A DNA stretch of 64,000 nt from NCBI GenBank assembly GCA_964016885.1, contig OZ024745.1, positions 32,054,001-32,118,000 of the forward strand, written 5' to 3'. The notes under the pieces are model-generated. The model saw only the letters and a list, made by a program, of their open reading frames with translations, had not been told where the DNA came from and ran no database searches. A program made the position numbers and the translations under genes. Source of the stretch: Eledone cirrhosa. Lineage: Eukaryota. Shown here in pieces: positions 50,639 to 64,000 of the stretch; position 1 is the stretch's first letter, and every line of letters begins with the position of its first letter.

Positions 50639-51530
50639 ACACGTGTATATATATACATATATATATAGATATATATACGTGTATATATATATACGTGTAT
50701 ATATATATATATATATACGTGTATATATATATATATATATACGTGTATATATATATATATATATATACGTGTATATATATATATATATTTATATATATAC
50801 ATATATACGTGTATATATATATACGTGTGTATATATATACGTGTGTATATATATATATATGTCAGGTCACCAGTATATATATATAGATGTCAGGTCACCA
50901 GTTGGTGCTACTGGTAACATGTATCCCAGTACAACCTGTCTCATGGTCGGGTCGTTGGCGACTAAACTGGCAACCCCACCAAGGTTTCTTGGTGAGGAGG
51001 GTGACTTTGGACATCCTGCAGGACTAAAAACAAAACCTGTCAAAGGGCAAAGGAGCTCTTAAGAGTCAATGGCCATCCAAAATCACCGGGAGAGATGACC
51101 CCTTAGCCTTTGTCAAGGCAGAATTCTAGGAGAAGGAAAACTCTGATATAACACCTGCAACCTTGATGGTATCCAATGATGTTGACTTGTTCTTCTTTTT
51201 GGTAAATATCATCTTGGTTAAGAGAGTGGGACTGGCTTTGTGCAGTGCCTTTGCTCACTATAAAAGCTTCACGGCACAGGCATTGCTTTATATCTGGAGA
51301 TCTCTCTGCACTTGTCCTCACATGGTACCATGGGCCCAGCACTATGTGTCAATAATTGTCACAAGTGTAGTGTTTGTACCAGAGTTTTCAAGTCGCTGGC
51401 TGGACTAAAAAGTCACACTCATGCAGCGCTTCGGTAGGGGTTCTCCTACATGGATATAAAGTAGTGGCCGTACTCGAAAACGAGTTGGCAGCCACCATAT
51501 ATATATATACGTGTATATATATATATACAC

Positions 51531-51608
<78 letters not shown>

Positions 51609-51613
51609 GTGTA

Positions 51614-51662
<49 letters not shown>

Positions 51663-51828
51663 GTGTATATATATATATACACGTGTATATATATATATAT
51701 ATACATGTGTATATATATATGTACACGTCTGTATATATATATATACACGTGTGTATATATATATATACACGTGTGTATATATATACACGTGTGTATATAT
51801 ATATACACGTGTGTATATATATATACAC

Positions 51829-51884
<56 letters not shown>

Positions 51885-51905
51885 ATATACACATGTAAAA
51901 AAAAA

Positions 51906-51921
<16 letters not shown>
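50141..51921. repeat. Two compound (TA)n microsatellite blocks (50141-50860 and 51498-51921) punctuated by ACGTGT/ACATGT
   Basis: Direct reading of the sequence. Retroelement fragments lie between the two blocks. Confidence 0.95.
51240..51498 (+). mobile_element. 3' end of an RTE-like LINE with terminal C2H2-like finger
   Basis: [21 protein letters not shown] followed by the tail GGCCGTACTCGA...GGCAGCCACCA(TA)n. A similar tail occurs at about 52130-52165. Confidence 0.55.
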
Positions 51922-51942
<21 letters not shown>

Positions 51943-54900
51943 TAAACAGAACAAAAAACAGAATAATGAAGAGGCAGTACAAATTTCATCCTTACGGGTT
52001 GATAAAATAAAGTACCAGTAATGCACTGGGTAATTGCTGGCCTTGTGCCTAAAGTAGAAACAATTATTATTAGATATATATATACATATATGTGTGTTTG
52101 TGTGTGTATTTTCTGTTTTTTTATCGTGCAATGGCCATACTCGATAATGTGGAGGCAGCCATTATATATATATATATAGGTAAAGACAATAAAACAAGAT
52201 AGGGGAGCAAACAGTTATGTAAGAGCTTAAAACAGTAAATAAAAGCTGGAAAAAAGGAAAAAGGAAGATATGTTGTTGACAAATATATGCACGAAAATAT
52301 GAACAATATGTGCACAATAGAAACATGCTGAAGAGAAAGAGAAGGGATCTGATTTCAGGTTAAACACAATATTAGTAGAGTTAGAAAAGAATAAGAAATA
52401 AGAAAATGTATTGGAATGATATCTAATTGAAGTGCAGATGTAGTTTGAATGGCTACATCCTGTAGAATGGGAAAGGTTTAACCATTAGGATAGGAAGTGG
52501 GCAAAAAAACAAGGTGATAGTTAGAGCAGATAGAAGGAGGGAGTTGGTGTGATGAAGTGAATGGTGGTATGAACTCATGAGGAGAATGAAAGGAATAAAG
52601 AAGAAATGGAGTGGAGGAAAGTGTAGAGAGGTAGGAGAGAATGTATGTGTGTAGATGTATACAAGAGGTTATTTACTAATAGGAGGGGTGGGAGTGATGA
52701 ACTAGATAGTAGTGCAAATTGGTAAGGAGAAAGAAAGGGAGCAAGGGAAGTGATCTGTGTTTACAAGGAAGTCTATTAAAAATAAAACGGTATTAAGGTG
52801 CTGTTAGGTAAACGTCACTACACTGTTCAAACCAAAAGGAACAGCACAATTATTTAACATAATAGATGCCATTTCTAGAAGTACAGAGTGTACTGAGTGC
52901 ATTTATCATGGAGATCACCAACATTAGAGGTTTTTATGCCCTAAACACAACTAAGAGTCCTCTCAACTCTCTTTTGATATGGTTTCTGCAGCTGGATGCC
53001 TTTCCTATCACCAAGAACCTTACAAAGTATACTGAGTGCATATTTCATGGTACCATCACTAGAGCTGTGAAATATTGCATGCATTAATTTCAACTCTTCT
53101 GATGAAAAACTGCATTGTTTTTTCCAGGGACTATGCTGAAAAATAAACCTATTATCTTGGTTAGCCTATGAACTTTTCAGCCGACCTTTGTATATTTATA
53201 TATCTATATCCCTATCATATATATAGGAGGTCAATTTGTCAACGTCATTAGAGTATTGCATAATTGTTCCAGGTCTCTGCATTCTGAGTTTAAATCCTGC
53301 TGTGATAGAGTTTGCCTTTCATCTATTCAGAGTCGATAAAGAATGTACAGCTGCATAAACTGGAGCAACATGAAATAAAGTGTCTTGCTCAAGGATATAA
53401 TGAATCACCTGGTTCGAGAATCGAACGCACAACCTCCCAATTGCAATCTCAATGTTCCAACCGCTAAGCCATGCACCTTCTAAGACGTATGTATGTATGT
53501 TTACCTATAATTTCTAAAATATTCAGATATTTGTTTACATACATCTATTTACTTATAGATTCTAAATCTAACAAACATTTCCCTACCTATAAATGTTTTA
53601 AACATGATTAGAATTCCTATCTATTTGTAAAAAAAATATAAATATATATGTATATAAGCTGAAGAAAATAGTTTCCAAGATATTATCTACAAAATCCTCA
53701 AACCCCCTCCCCTTATACACTCATCATAAAGTGAATAAAGATGACTCATAGAGAAAAATCAAATAGGTCAAATATAGCTAGATAGCTGTAAGTCCTTAAA
53801 TCTTGCACTTAGGATCAATAACAGAACTGCAGTAAGTGATTTGGAAAATCAAATGGTGCTAGTTGAAAAGGGAGTTCTCCTTCTTCACCTTCTTCTTCTT
53901 CTTCGCCTCTTTCTTCTTCTTCCTCCTCCTCATCGCCTCCTTCTTCTCAATATATCAGTGGAAAACGAAGTGAATAAATGAAATGAATAAATAAATTTGT
54001 TCTTTGAGAGAGGAAAATGTCAAATACTTTTGTAAGTATGCCAAAATATAAAGATGTAAGTGTGTACTTGTATAAATAATAACTCATAATGTAAAGACTT
54101 TTGTACTTGTTCACTCGGTATCTTTTGTATTTGAATCAGTCAATATAAGAATTGGTGGTGGGGAGGGGCATATTCTGATTATATCAGTTTTTTTGTTTTG
54201 TTTTTGTTTTTTGATATACTTTTAAATTTTAAATAAATGAAATTGAATTACTTGGTGATACTTCCAGATGAAATTGAGATGGTTGCTTCTGATAGGACCC
54301 TCTGGAAGGTGTATCTGAGGACTTTTCCCCCACCCCACGACTTTCTCAAGAATAAATAAGCAAAGAAAAGTGCTTAATAGGTTTAGTTCACAATCATATG
54401 GTTTCAGGTTTAATCCTGTTGTGTGCATGTTAGACAAATGTCTTTTACTATAGCCTCAGACTGACCAATGCCTTGTGAGGGAAATTTAGCATACAGAAAC
54501 TTTGTGAAACCCTGTCGTATGTGTATGTGTGTGTATTTGTCTTCACATATGTCTTCAGGTTGAAATTGCTTAAACAAAATGGTGCTATTTCTTTGTGTCT
54601 TGCTTAAACAATGTTTCTCAGCTTAAAGGTTCAATGGATGAAGATCAGAAGAATAAAAACAATACTTAAAAATAATTAAAGAAAGATATCCAGCTGTTGA
54701 ATATTGCTTTAAAAATTCTTGTCCAACCCATGGAGGAGCAACCATAGAAATAATGAAGGCAATGATGATTAAAAACTAAGATAATTATTTATTATAAAAC
54801 AAATCTGAAAAATTGGTATGGTCATTTGATGCACATGGATGATACTTGCTAGGTGAAGAAGTGCCAAATAAGCCCTATGGATGGAAGCTGCAGTTGAGGA

Positions 54901-55899
54901 AGACCAAGGAAAACCTGGATGGAAGCGGTGAGAGCTGATTTCGGATCGCTAAAGCTCACAGATGAGATGACAAAGGAAGGCAACAAGTGGAGAGATGCTG
55001 TACTGAAAAGGACCTATCCAACCCATGCAAATACAGAACAACGAATGTAAAATGATGTTGATGATGAAGTTTATGCTCCAAGCCCCTCTTTATAATAACA
55101 TAATTACTAAATTACTCCAAATTGTTGATTATTTTACAAATGATTTCTACATTATAGTGTGATCAATAAATAAATCAGTAAATATCATTTCTACATTGTA
55201 GAAATATCCAAAAAAGTGGAGAGGATTGTATGGTGTTATGACCTACAGGCCTGGGTGTGTGTGGACTGCGTTTTAGCAAATGCAGGCTTAGTATGCTCAG
55301 AGCAAGAAGTGTCAATAACTAAGTTTGTCAGCTTGTCAACCTGTAAGTTGAGATTATTTTATTTGGGAAAAGAGGGGTGTACATTGTAGAGATATCCTAC
55401 AGCACTAAATACTCATGCACCAGCTCTGCATACATACACACTGACAAATACATAGACAGATTGATAGACAGACAGATAAACAGATAGGCAGGCAGGCAGA
55501 TAGATACTGTTTATTTTAAACAACAGTGTTGTGTATTCATAAGAGTAGAAAATATGAAATAGAGATAAGGAAGGAACCTTAGTTAGTAGCAGAATTTGAA
55601 TGCATAAATTTCAAGAAAGCTCTTAGCAAGTTAGGTTTGTGATTTGGTTTCAATTTACAACGTTGAAGTAATTTCATTTGACATATGCTATTTCTTCCCC
55701 TCGAAGAAAAGTATGAACCTCACATCAGCACATATTTTTGTTTTTTTTTTTGTTTTTTTTTGTTTTGCATCCTCTGAAATTCTGGGTTTTTTTTTATTTT
55801 TACATCTGGTAGAAAGAAAATCAATAAAATGTCATTCCTTCATTAAAATAACACTGTGTTTCTTTCACCAACTATAGAAATACTCTCTACTTATACCAC

Positions 55900-56160
55900 T
55901 ACTGCTGTTGTTGCTGTTGCTGATGTTGTTATTGCTGTTTCTACTGCTGTTGCCGCTGTTTCTACTGCTGTTGTTATTGTTATTGTTGCTGTTGTGGTTG
56001 TTGTTGCTGCTGTTGTTGTTGTTGTTTCTACTGCTGCTGATGTTGTTGCTGCTGATGTTTCTACTGCTGCTGATGTTTCTACTGCTGCTGCTGTTGTTGT
56101 TGCTGCTACTGTTGTTGTTGTTGTTGTTTCTACTGCTGCTGCTACTGCTGTTGATGCTGC
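55900..56160. repeat. Imperfect (GCT/GTT)n trinucleotide tract
   Basis: Low-complexity triplet repeat that produces spurious ORFs in several frames. Confidence 0.9.
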
Positions 56161-58821
56161 TCAACCTTCTTTTCCGTCATTTCCATCGTAATGCCAATGC
56201 TAAATAAATTCTTGCTGAGTTTATTTTTTTTTTAAACTTTGGCAGCCATTTCTTAAATTTGATATTTTACAGCAGCCATTTAAAAAAAAATGTTACTTGC
56301 TGTTATTTGTTTTATTTGTTTCATTCCTTTACTCTTTTTCTCACCTTTTTAGCTTTTCAGTTCTATGCAAATGTCTTTCTTTTTTAAAAAACAAAAACAA
56401 AACCAAAAGACTCTTCCTTTCATCATCATCATCAACATTGTCTTCATAATAATCCTCACCACCTACAAAATCCACCACTTCTAACACCACCATCACAAAA
56501 GCCACCACTTCTACCACCCCCACCCCCAAAATTATCATCATCATCATTAGTGAATGAACAGAAATTTTCATAAATGAAAATTTAAAAGAAAAACCCCTCT
56601 TGTTATGAGTCAAGAACTTAACCTTCACATATCCCCCCCCCCCTCTCCTGCATCCTCCTTCTTTACTATATTCAGTAACATTCAACATGATGCTATTCCT
56701 AAAACTTATATTGTTAATACTCATTTCCTTTCTACTCTTACAGCTTTCTTAAAAATACAAAAAGAAAAAAAATGAAAATAATATTTTTTTAAATAATATT
56801 TAACCTATAAATAAATACATAAATAAATAAATAAGGATTTCTTTATTTAAAGGAAAAAACAAAAATTTTATTGAGAATCCAGAGTCATTTCTCAAGACAA
56901 CACAGGAAGTTAAATGCTAGAATTTTAAAGCTAAAAAGGAGGGAAGGCAGTACATGAAAAAAAATACTAAAGGAGCAAAGAAGAGGATATGTTTGGAAGA
57001 AAATAATTTTCTTCTGTTTTTATATTTGTTTCTGTAAGATACTTGATGTGAAATTGTGTGTTGAAACAGATATTGTTATACATCTAGAGGGTCATGCTAC
57101 CAATAAACACACATGCTTCAATTGTGTTTCACTTCCGTTTTATTATTAGTCAGGTAAGGCAATGTATTAGCATCGGTAGACGTTTAATTATTAGTCATGC
57201 AAGGTATTAGTAGCAGCGGTAGAGCATCAAACACATTCATAGAAATATTTCTTCTATCTGATTGTGAATTCTGATGTTTTTGTGGTTGATAAAATAAAGT
57301 ACCAGTAAAATACTGGGGTTGATTTAATTGACTTTCCTCCTGCTCTAAATTACTGTCCTGGTGCCGAAATGAGAAATTGTCATTAATCAGGTAACTAATT
57401 CATTCCTTGGTTAATTTAGTAAATGAGTAGTTATTTAATTGTCAAACCTCATTACTCCGCCTTGTAGGAAAGACAAGTAGTGATAAAGAAAACAAAATCA
57501 AAATGAAGAGAAGATACAGAAAGGCAAGAATAATCATTGAGAAGGTCACAGAGTATGTGACAAAAGAGCATTGACAATTAAATAACCATCTGGTTATTAA
57601 ACTAACTAATGAATGGATTAGTTGCTTAACTAATTATTAAACCAAAGTGAAATTCAACTGGTTTGTGTGTTTCTATTAACAGCATGCTCCTTTCTGTCAT
57701 TTCTTGAAATTGTATAGAAACAAGATGGTGAAGAAATGACAGCTAATGAGACAAGGAGAAACCAATTACATAATTATATTCCTTAGACATGTTTCACTAT
57801 GCATGTCATGCATGAAAAAAACACAAAAGAAAGGGAATATGTGTGGGAGAGATGTATGTCTAAATTCAAATCCAAGGCATTTTCACACCTGGTTGACCTC
57901 CACAGCTGTCTATCTCTGGTCATAATGGGCCATGTGGGGCAAAGGTATTGGGTCAGATCGTTGAGCCATCTTGCCTTTGGTCACACTTTAGTTCTTCTCC
58001 ACTGCCTTGGTGTCCGCTTTCTTTTGCTTTCAAAAGTTGACTTGGGACTTCTAATGATGCTCTAAATTTTTCCAAAGGCTACCCAGCCAAACACAATGCT
58101 TTTTTTAACCTTCAGAAGTAGGGCATATCTCTTGCAATCTTCTTTCCAAAGTACCCATAGATGTATGTAGTATTAAAAAAAAATGTTGTAAACACTGAAA
58201 TGATATGCTGACTATTTATTACATTCCACATGGATTCACCCTAATCTGGAAAGGAGACTATTTGAAGATTCAGCCAAAATTGGCTTCAAATGATATAGTT
58301 AAAGTTTGTATAAAAGATAATACAGTCCTAGATACACTATAAGATGGGCACAGCTGAAGGTAACTTCATTGATTAAAAGACTGCAGAATCGCGGATGACC
58401 TGGGGGGGGGGGTGTTAAAATAGAGCAACACTAGTCATATCCTTCAGGAAACCAGCCTTCTCTCCCACCCTAACCTCATTTTCATCATCAGCTTCTAACC
58501 TGAAGGATGGTAGTGATAGTTGGAGAGACAAACTTCACCCCTATTGCAAGTAACATACAGAGAAAATCTGTTAATTATGCAAATTTATTCATTTTATTTT
58601 TATGTATTTATGAACAGTAGTGTTATTGATTGTATATTTCTAGTGGGCCAATCACTGGTTTAAAAACTTTTAGACAGCACAAGTGACAAGAGAATGCCTA
58701 TAACTTGGCAGAACAAATACCACACACAATATTTTATTTGAAAACACTTTTTTCTTGGCTCGCATGATGATGTCTACATTATATATTGGCAAAAGTTACA
58801 CACACACACACACACACATAT

Positions 58822-58927
<106 letters not shown>

Positions 58928-60781
58928 TATGTGTGTGTGTGTAGTATGTGCAATTATTCTCAGTCTTGAAACCTGACCTAAATACTTGCAACAAAACTAA
59001 AAACACCAAAGGACAGGTAATGGTGTTTAATTAAATGATGGATTAAATCTACAAGCCCAAGTGCATATGCACATTCAATGGGTTCTGTCTACTAAATTCA
59101 ACTCAACCAAGGCTATAGGAGACAATACTTGTCCAAAATGCTACATAGTGCGATTAAATTTGTAACTACATGATTTCAAAGCAAACTTCTTAACCACCTA
59201 GCCAAGCCTGTACTTCAAATGTTTTCCAGATCTGCCACTCATACTTTACAGCTGAATAAACAGGACTGGGTACATAGAATAAAGTGTCATGTCCAAATAC
59301 ATAACAAAACTCTTGAAGAGAAATTTAATCATAACTGGTAAATGTCACAGATAACCAAGGTCCATGGGTACTAGAGAACAACCTAATGAAGGAGCTGCAA
59401 TGTGATGACACTGTACCTGCTAGAAATAGCAACTAAATATCCCTCAAACCACATCCTATTATTTTAGAATAGAAAAGATACATCAAACAATATAGTCCCT
59501 GATACAGATAGGGAGTGATAGTAACTGGTACTTTGTTTATTGGTTCTACTCCAGAAGGATGAAAGACAAAGTTAACCCTTATAGGATTTGAATTCAGAAC
59601 ACAAAGACCTGAAACAATTGCTACAAGGATTTGAACTCAGAACACAAAGAGCTGAAACAATTGCTACAAGTTATTTGTCTGTTGTTCAACTAACCACTAA
59701 TTAAGTATTAACTCTTATAGAGGCATGTTTCATTTGAATATCTTTAGTTAAGATACTATGTAAACATCCCTTTGTTACATTGCTATGAGCTGCTACCCAA
59801 TGCATTACTTGTCATTTCTCATCATTGTTTTGATAAGGATGTCTTTGATGAAATATTCTATAAATTAATTAGTTAATTAGTAGCTTGTTCTTTAAAAATT
59901 GAACTAATTATGATTTCTTTGATAACATCTTTTTTACGTTTTTTTCACATGTTATATTATTTGACCTGTTTTTGTCCTAAATGATCTTTTTGTTTTACAT
60001 GTGATAATGCCAAATCCTCTAACCACACGACAGCCCTAGTTCCTTTTGAAAACCAATCTTCAGTAGCAATGCATAAATGGGTGTATTAAAGCAGTAGATG
60101 TGCATTAGTAGCTAATTAACCATAGCCTAATGCTCAGTTCTAAGCCTTCTGAGAATACAATAGCACTAATAGCAGTCACTGCAATTAATAAGGAAAGCCT
60201 CAATGTTGTCACTCAACCAGCTAAAAATAGCAGCCACATTCTAATCAAACCACGTCTTACCATCTTAAACAAAATAAAGACACATTAGATAATGTAATAA
60301 TGAATGAATTACTTGAAACTAAATGGATCGTGAGGACTCTGGAAGATCTAGAGAAGAAATTCCAACTGTGGAATCAAAAGGACTCATTTTTTATAATGAT
60401 AAATATGGTATGACACTATGTCTTTGTGGCAACTCGATGATATTTTTCTCTCTTGGTGACTTAAGGACCTTTCTTTCTTCTCATAACATTTATTATCACC
60501 TATTTGTCTTATTTATGTGTATTTTGTCCAAACAATAGGGAAGCTGACCACAATATCGATACCTGACTTTATATATATTTTTTCTTTCATCTGACTTTGT
60601 TGCACCCTCTGGTATTTTAAAAAAAAATTGTTTTCAGTTATTTTTCTGTCTATTTTGTCTGTACTGTTTGTGATATTCTTAAACACTTTTTGTTCTATAT
60701 TTTGTGTCACAATTTCTGTACAGTAACAGGCTTATTTGGGGCCTATCTTTGTGGTGGTATTGTACTTTGACCACTAAACAA

Positions 60782-60851
<70 letters not shown>

Positions 60852-61966
60852 ATGGGAGAATGGATATGCAGAGTGTAGGCATGGTTTTATGATTAAGAAG
60901 TTCACTTAGGAACCAATTGGTTGTGGGTTGAGTCCCACTGCTTGTCTTCTATAACCTTGAGCTAATGAATATCTTGTGAATAAATTTGGTAGACAGAAAC
61001 TGTAACGAAGTTCATTGTATTTGTATATGTGTGTATACACCAGTTGCTGCAACTTTCATATAGACACTGTATATAAATGTCAATGGTAATATGGCTTATG
61101 TACCCCATAAACAGTACGTCTACAGTATAGGGGTTCATTGAATATTGATGGTATATATCATACTTAAAGACTAAGATATGGGTTAGTGTCAGGAAGGACA
61201 TCTGGCTGTAGAAACCAAACCTTAAAAGTATCATCCCAATCCATGCAAGCATAGAAAAAGAAAGCATAAAAATAATAATGAAGATGATCTATGTTTGTAT
61301 GTGTGTGAGTGTACTACAAAAAGCTAGCCAGAGAGAGAGAGAGAGAGAACTAGTATGAAAAGAAAGGAATAGAATATAAAGTAGAACAGAATGGAAGGAT
61401 GAATGGTCAGAAGGATGGTTGGTCAGAAGGATGGTTGGTCAGAAGGATGGTTGGACAGCCGGCTGGGTGGAAACTGCTGGCTTTCATGGCTCTGTACTTT
61501 TTCTTTTTTCTTCTATTTATGATATTGTTTTTCCATCGTTTTTCAATTTTATAAAAACCATAATTTTAATTACTTTTGAATGTGATTAATATAATAAATA
61601 ACTCATAAATATATTGAAAAAAAGAAGAATATGATGCATTGTGAACATAACTGCCTAGTAAACCTATAAATCAAATATATTTGTGTATGTGTGTGTATAT
61701 GTATGTGCGTGTGTGCGTGCACACGCACATGTATGCAATGCGGAGAAGTGTTCTTTATATTCAAGTCAGCCCTGTTTAAGAATACCCTTTTTTCATTTTT
61801 TGGCATTAAGATTGTAGGGTGTTATTTTTGAGGGGGATTTGGCTGCTACTTCTATCAAGCTGAAGAGCAATGTAGAGGCTTTTGTATTGACTCGTTCTTA
61901 CAAGTCTTGTTGTTTGGTCTGATGTCAGTCTTGATAGAGCAAATTTAAATAGAGGTCCTGTCACTC

Positions 61967-62003
<37 letters not shown>

Positions 62004-62645
62004 TTAATTTCTGAATGAATATAAGCACAGGCAATACTATGTGATGAAGAAATTCACTTTGTAACACATAATTCCTAGTTCAAACCGACTATGAGGTACT
62101 TTGGCCAAGTATTTATGTTATAAGCTTCTAGTTAACAAATACTTGGTCGAGGAAACCTGCTGAAGCTTATCACCTCTGTCTGCCTCTGACTGGTCAACCA
62201 AAGGCTTATGGTACAAACACTTGACCAAAGTATCTCATAGTGAGTTTGAACTTAGAATCATGTGTGTGGAGTGAATTTTATGTATGTATGTATGTTCTCT
62301 CTTTCTCTTAATTTTATTTTTGACTGGCCACCTTCCCAGTGGCAAGATTGTGAAGAAAAGGAAATTGTTGTCATCACTTGTGCCATACAAGTTAAGAGAT
62401 ACTTTGGTCCAGGTGGGTTGGTATATAACCTATAGCTCCAATAATAATGGGTTTGAAGCTGAACGTGTATCTTAAAGTCTTTAGTGTACGTGTGTATGTG
62501 TGTGTGTGGGGAGGGGGGATGCTTGCATGTGTGTGTTTATGTTGCATAGACTGGTTAGGTTGTGTCAGAGTAAATTATGTTTCTGAACATATGAATGTCT
62601 GTCTGTAAGAAAGATAGAATGAAAAATAGTGTGTTAAAGATAGAA

Positions 62646-62930
<285 letters not shown>

Positions 62931-63416
62931 GCTTATGTATGTGTGTGTTTATTCATGCATGCTCAAACTTCACTTTACAAAAGGTACCAAAAGATAATTC
63001 CATATTCATCCTCAAACAGAATTTCCTCCATTAGAATAAACAGGAAGAGATGGAGAATGGCTATTTTCAGAACTTCCTAGCTTCCTAACTACTAATGGTC
63101 AGATGAACTATATAAATGATATGATAAACCATTTATGTCTGTTTGTAGTATGAGGCGGGCGTTAATTCAGTTAGGCTAATAGCTAATAGAGAAATCAATA
63201 CTTAGCGCTGTTTAGAAGATTCTGTAGATGTGGACTGAAATCACCTGGAGTTTTTCAATATGTTAAAGGTAGTTGTATGTATATGTGAGATTGTAAACTA
63301 CAAAAACATTGCACTGAATAATCTATTGTATGAATGATAACTGTAGAAGTGTCTTCTAGTTCATTTTCAAATTTTGTTTGTTTGTTTTGTTTTTTTTCTT
63401 GAGGGGCGATGTGAAA

Positions 63417-63478
<62 letters not shown>

Positions 63479-64000
63479 AAATGATTTCTTTATAAGCCAT
63501 GCAAAACTTACATGAAGAAAAATAATTAAGGGTGGTACAGACTGAACAGTGTGGGTTTTAGCATGTAAAAAGTTCATATAATGAGATTTAGAAAACAAAA
63601 TAAATTCCGAGGGTCACACATGGAGAAAGCCCACAAAAAGCCCTGGTCATCCTGACCACCAGGGTAAGTGCCCTCTTCCTCCACCTCTAATCTACAGGTA
63701 CACACTCAGAGCAGGCCCATTCACTTGGATCATGCTCACCTCTCTCACCCATCTTTAAAAAAACTGCTTGGAAGTTGGCACTTCCCCCTCCCCCTGATTT
63801 TCCTCTTAGGGATCAATATATAATAATAATAATAATAATTTCTTTGTCAGCCACAAGGGCCGACACACAGAGGACACACAGGGGACATACAGGGACAGTG
63901 CGGTTTTACATATAAAACGTAAAAAATAGAAATAACAATAACAAAATAACAATAAAAATACGACAATGAAAATTCCCCAATAGGGGGAATAATCACCAAG

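Overview
AT-rich, repeat-dense animal genomic DNA. The tRNA-headed SINEs and RTE tails resemble those of octopod cephalopods (inference). There is a 200-N scaffold gap at 48222-48421. Host genes: a two-coding-exon minus-strand Myb/SANT-like plus coiled-coil gene (MSANTD4-like, about 577 aa, 27386 to 19455) and a probable three-exon orphan acidic repeat protein gene (12163 to 978). Mobile DNA dominates. It includes a young full-length Ty3/Gypsy element (35031-40813: 402-bp LTRs, tRNA-Trp PBS, G GGA AAC -1 frameshift), an older internally deleted LTR element nested in an RTE LINE, many RTE LINE 3' fragments in (TA)n tracts, two inverted non-autonomous Helitrons, a mariner-type MITE, SINEs, a 46-bp minisatellite and several Penelope-like element (PLE) pieces. 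The most notable signals are three type I hammerhead-ribozyme folds with palindromic stem III (14645-14724 minus, 15873-15985 plus, 44054-44120 minus). The last lies in the 3' region of a Naiad-like PLE that forms a head-to-head palindrome of about 3.75 kb around an A-tract. All calls were made by eye; no database searches were run.
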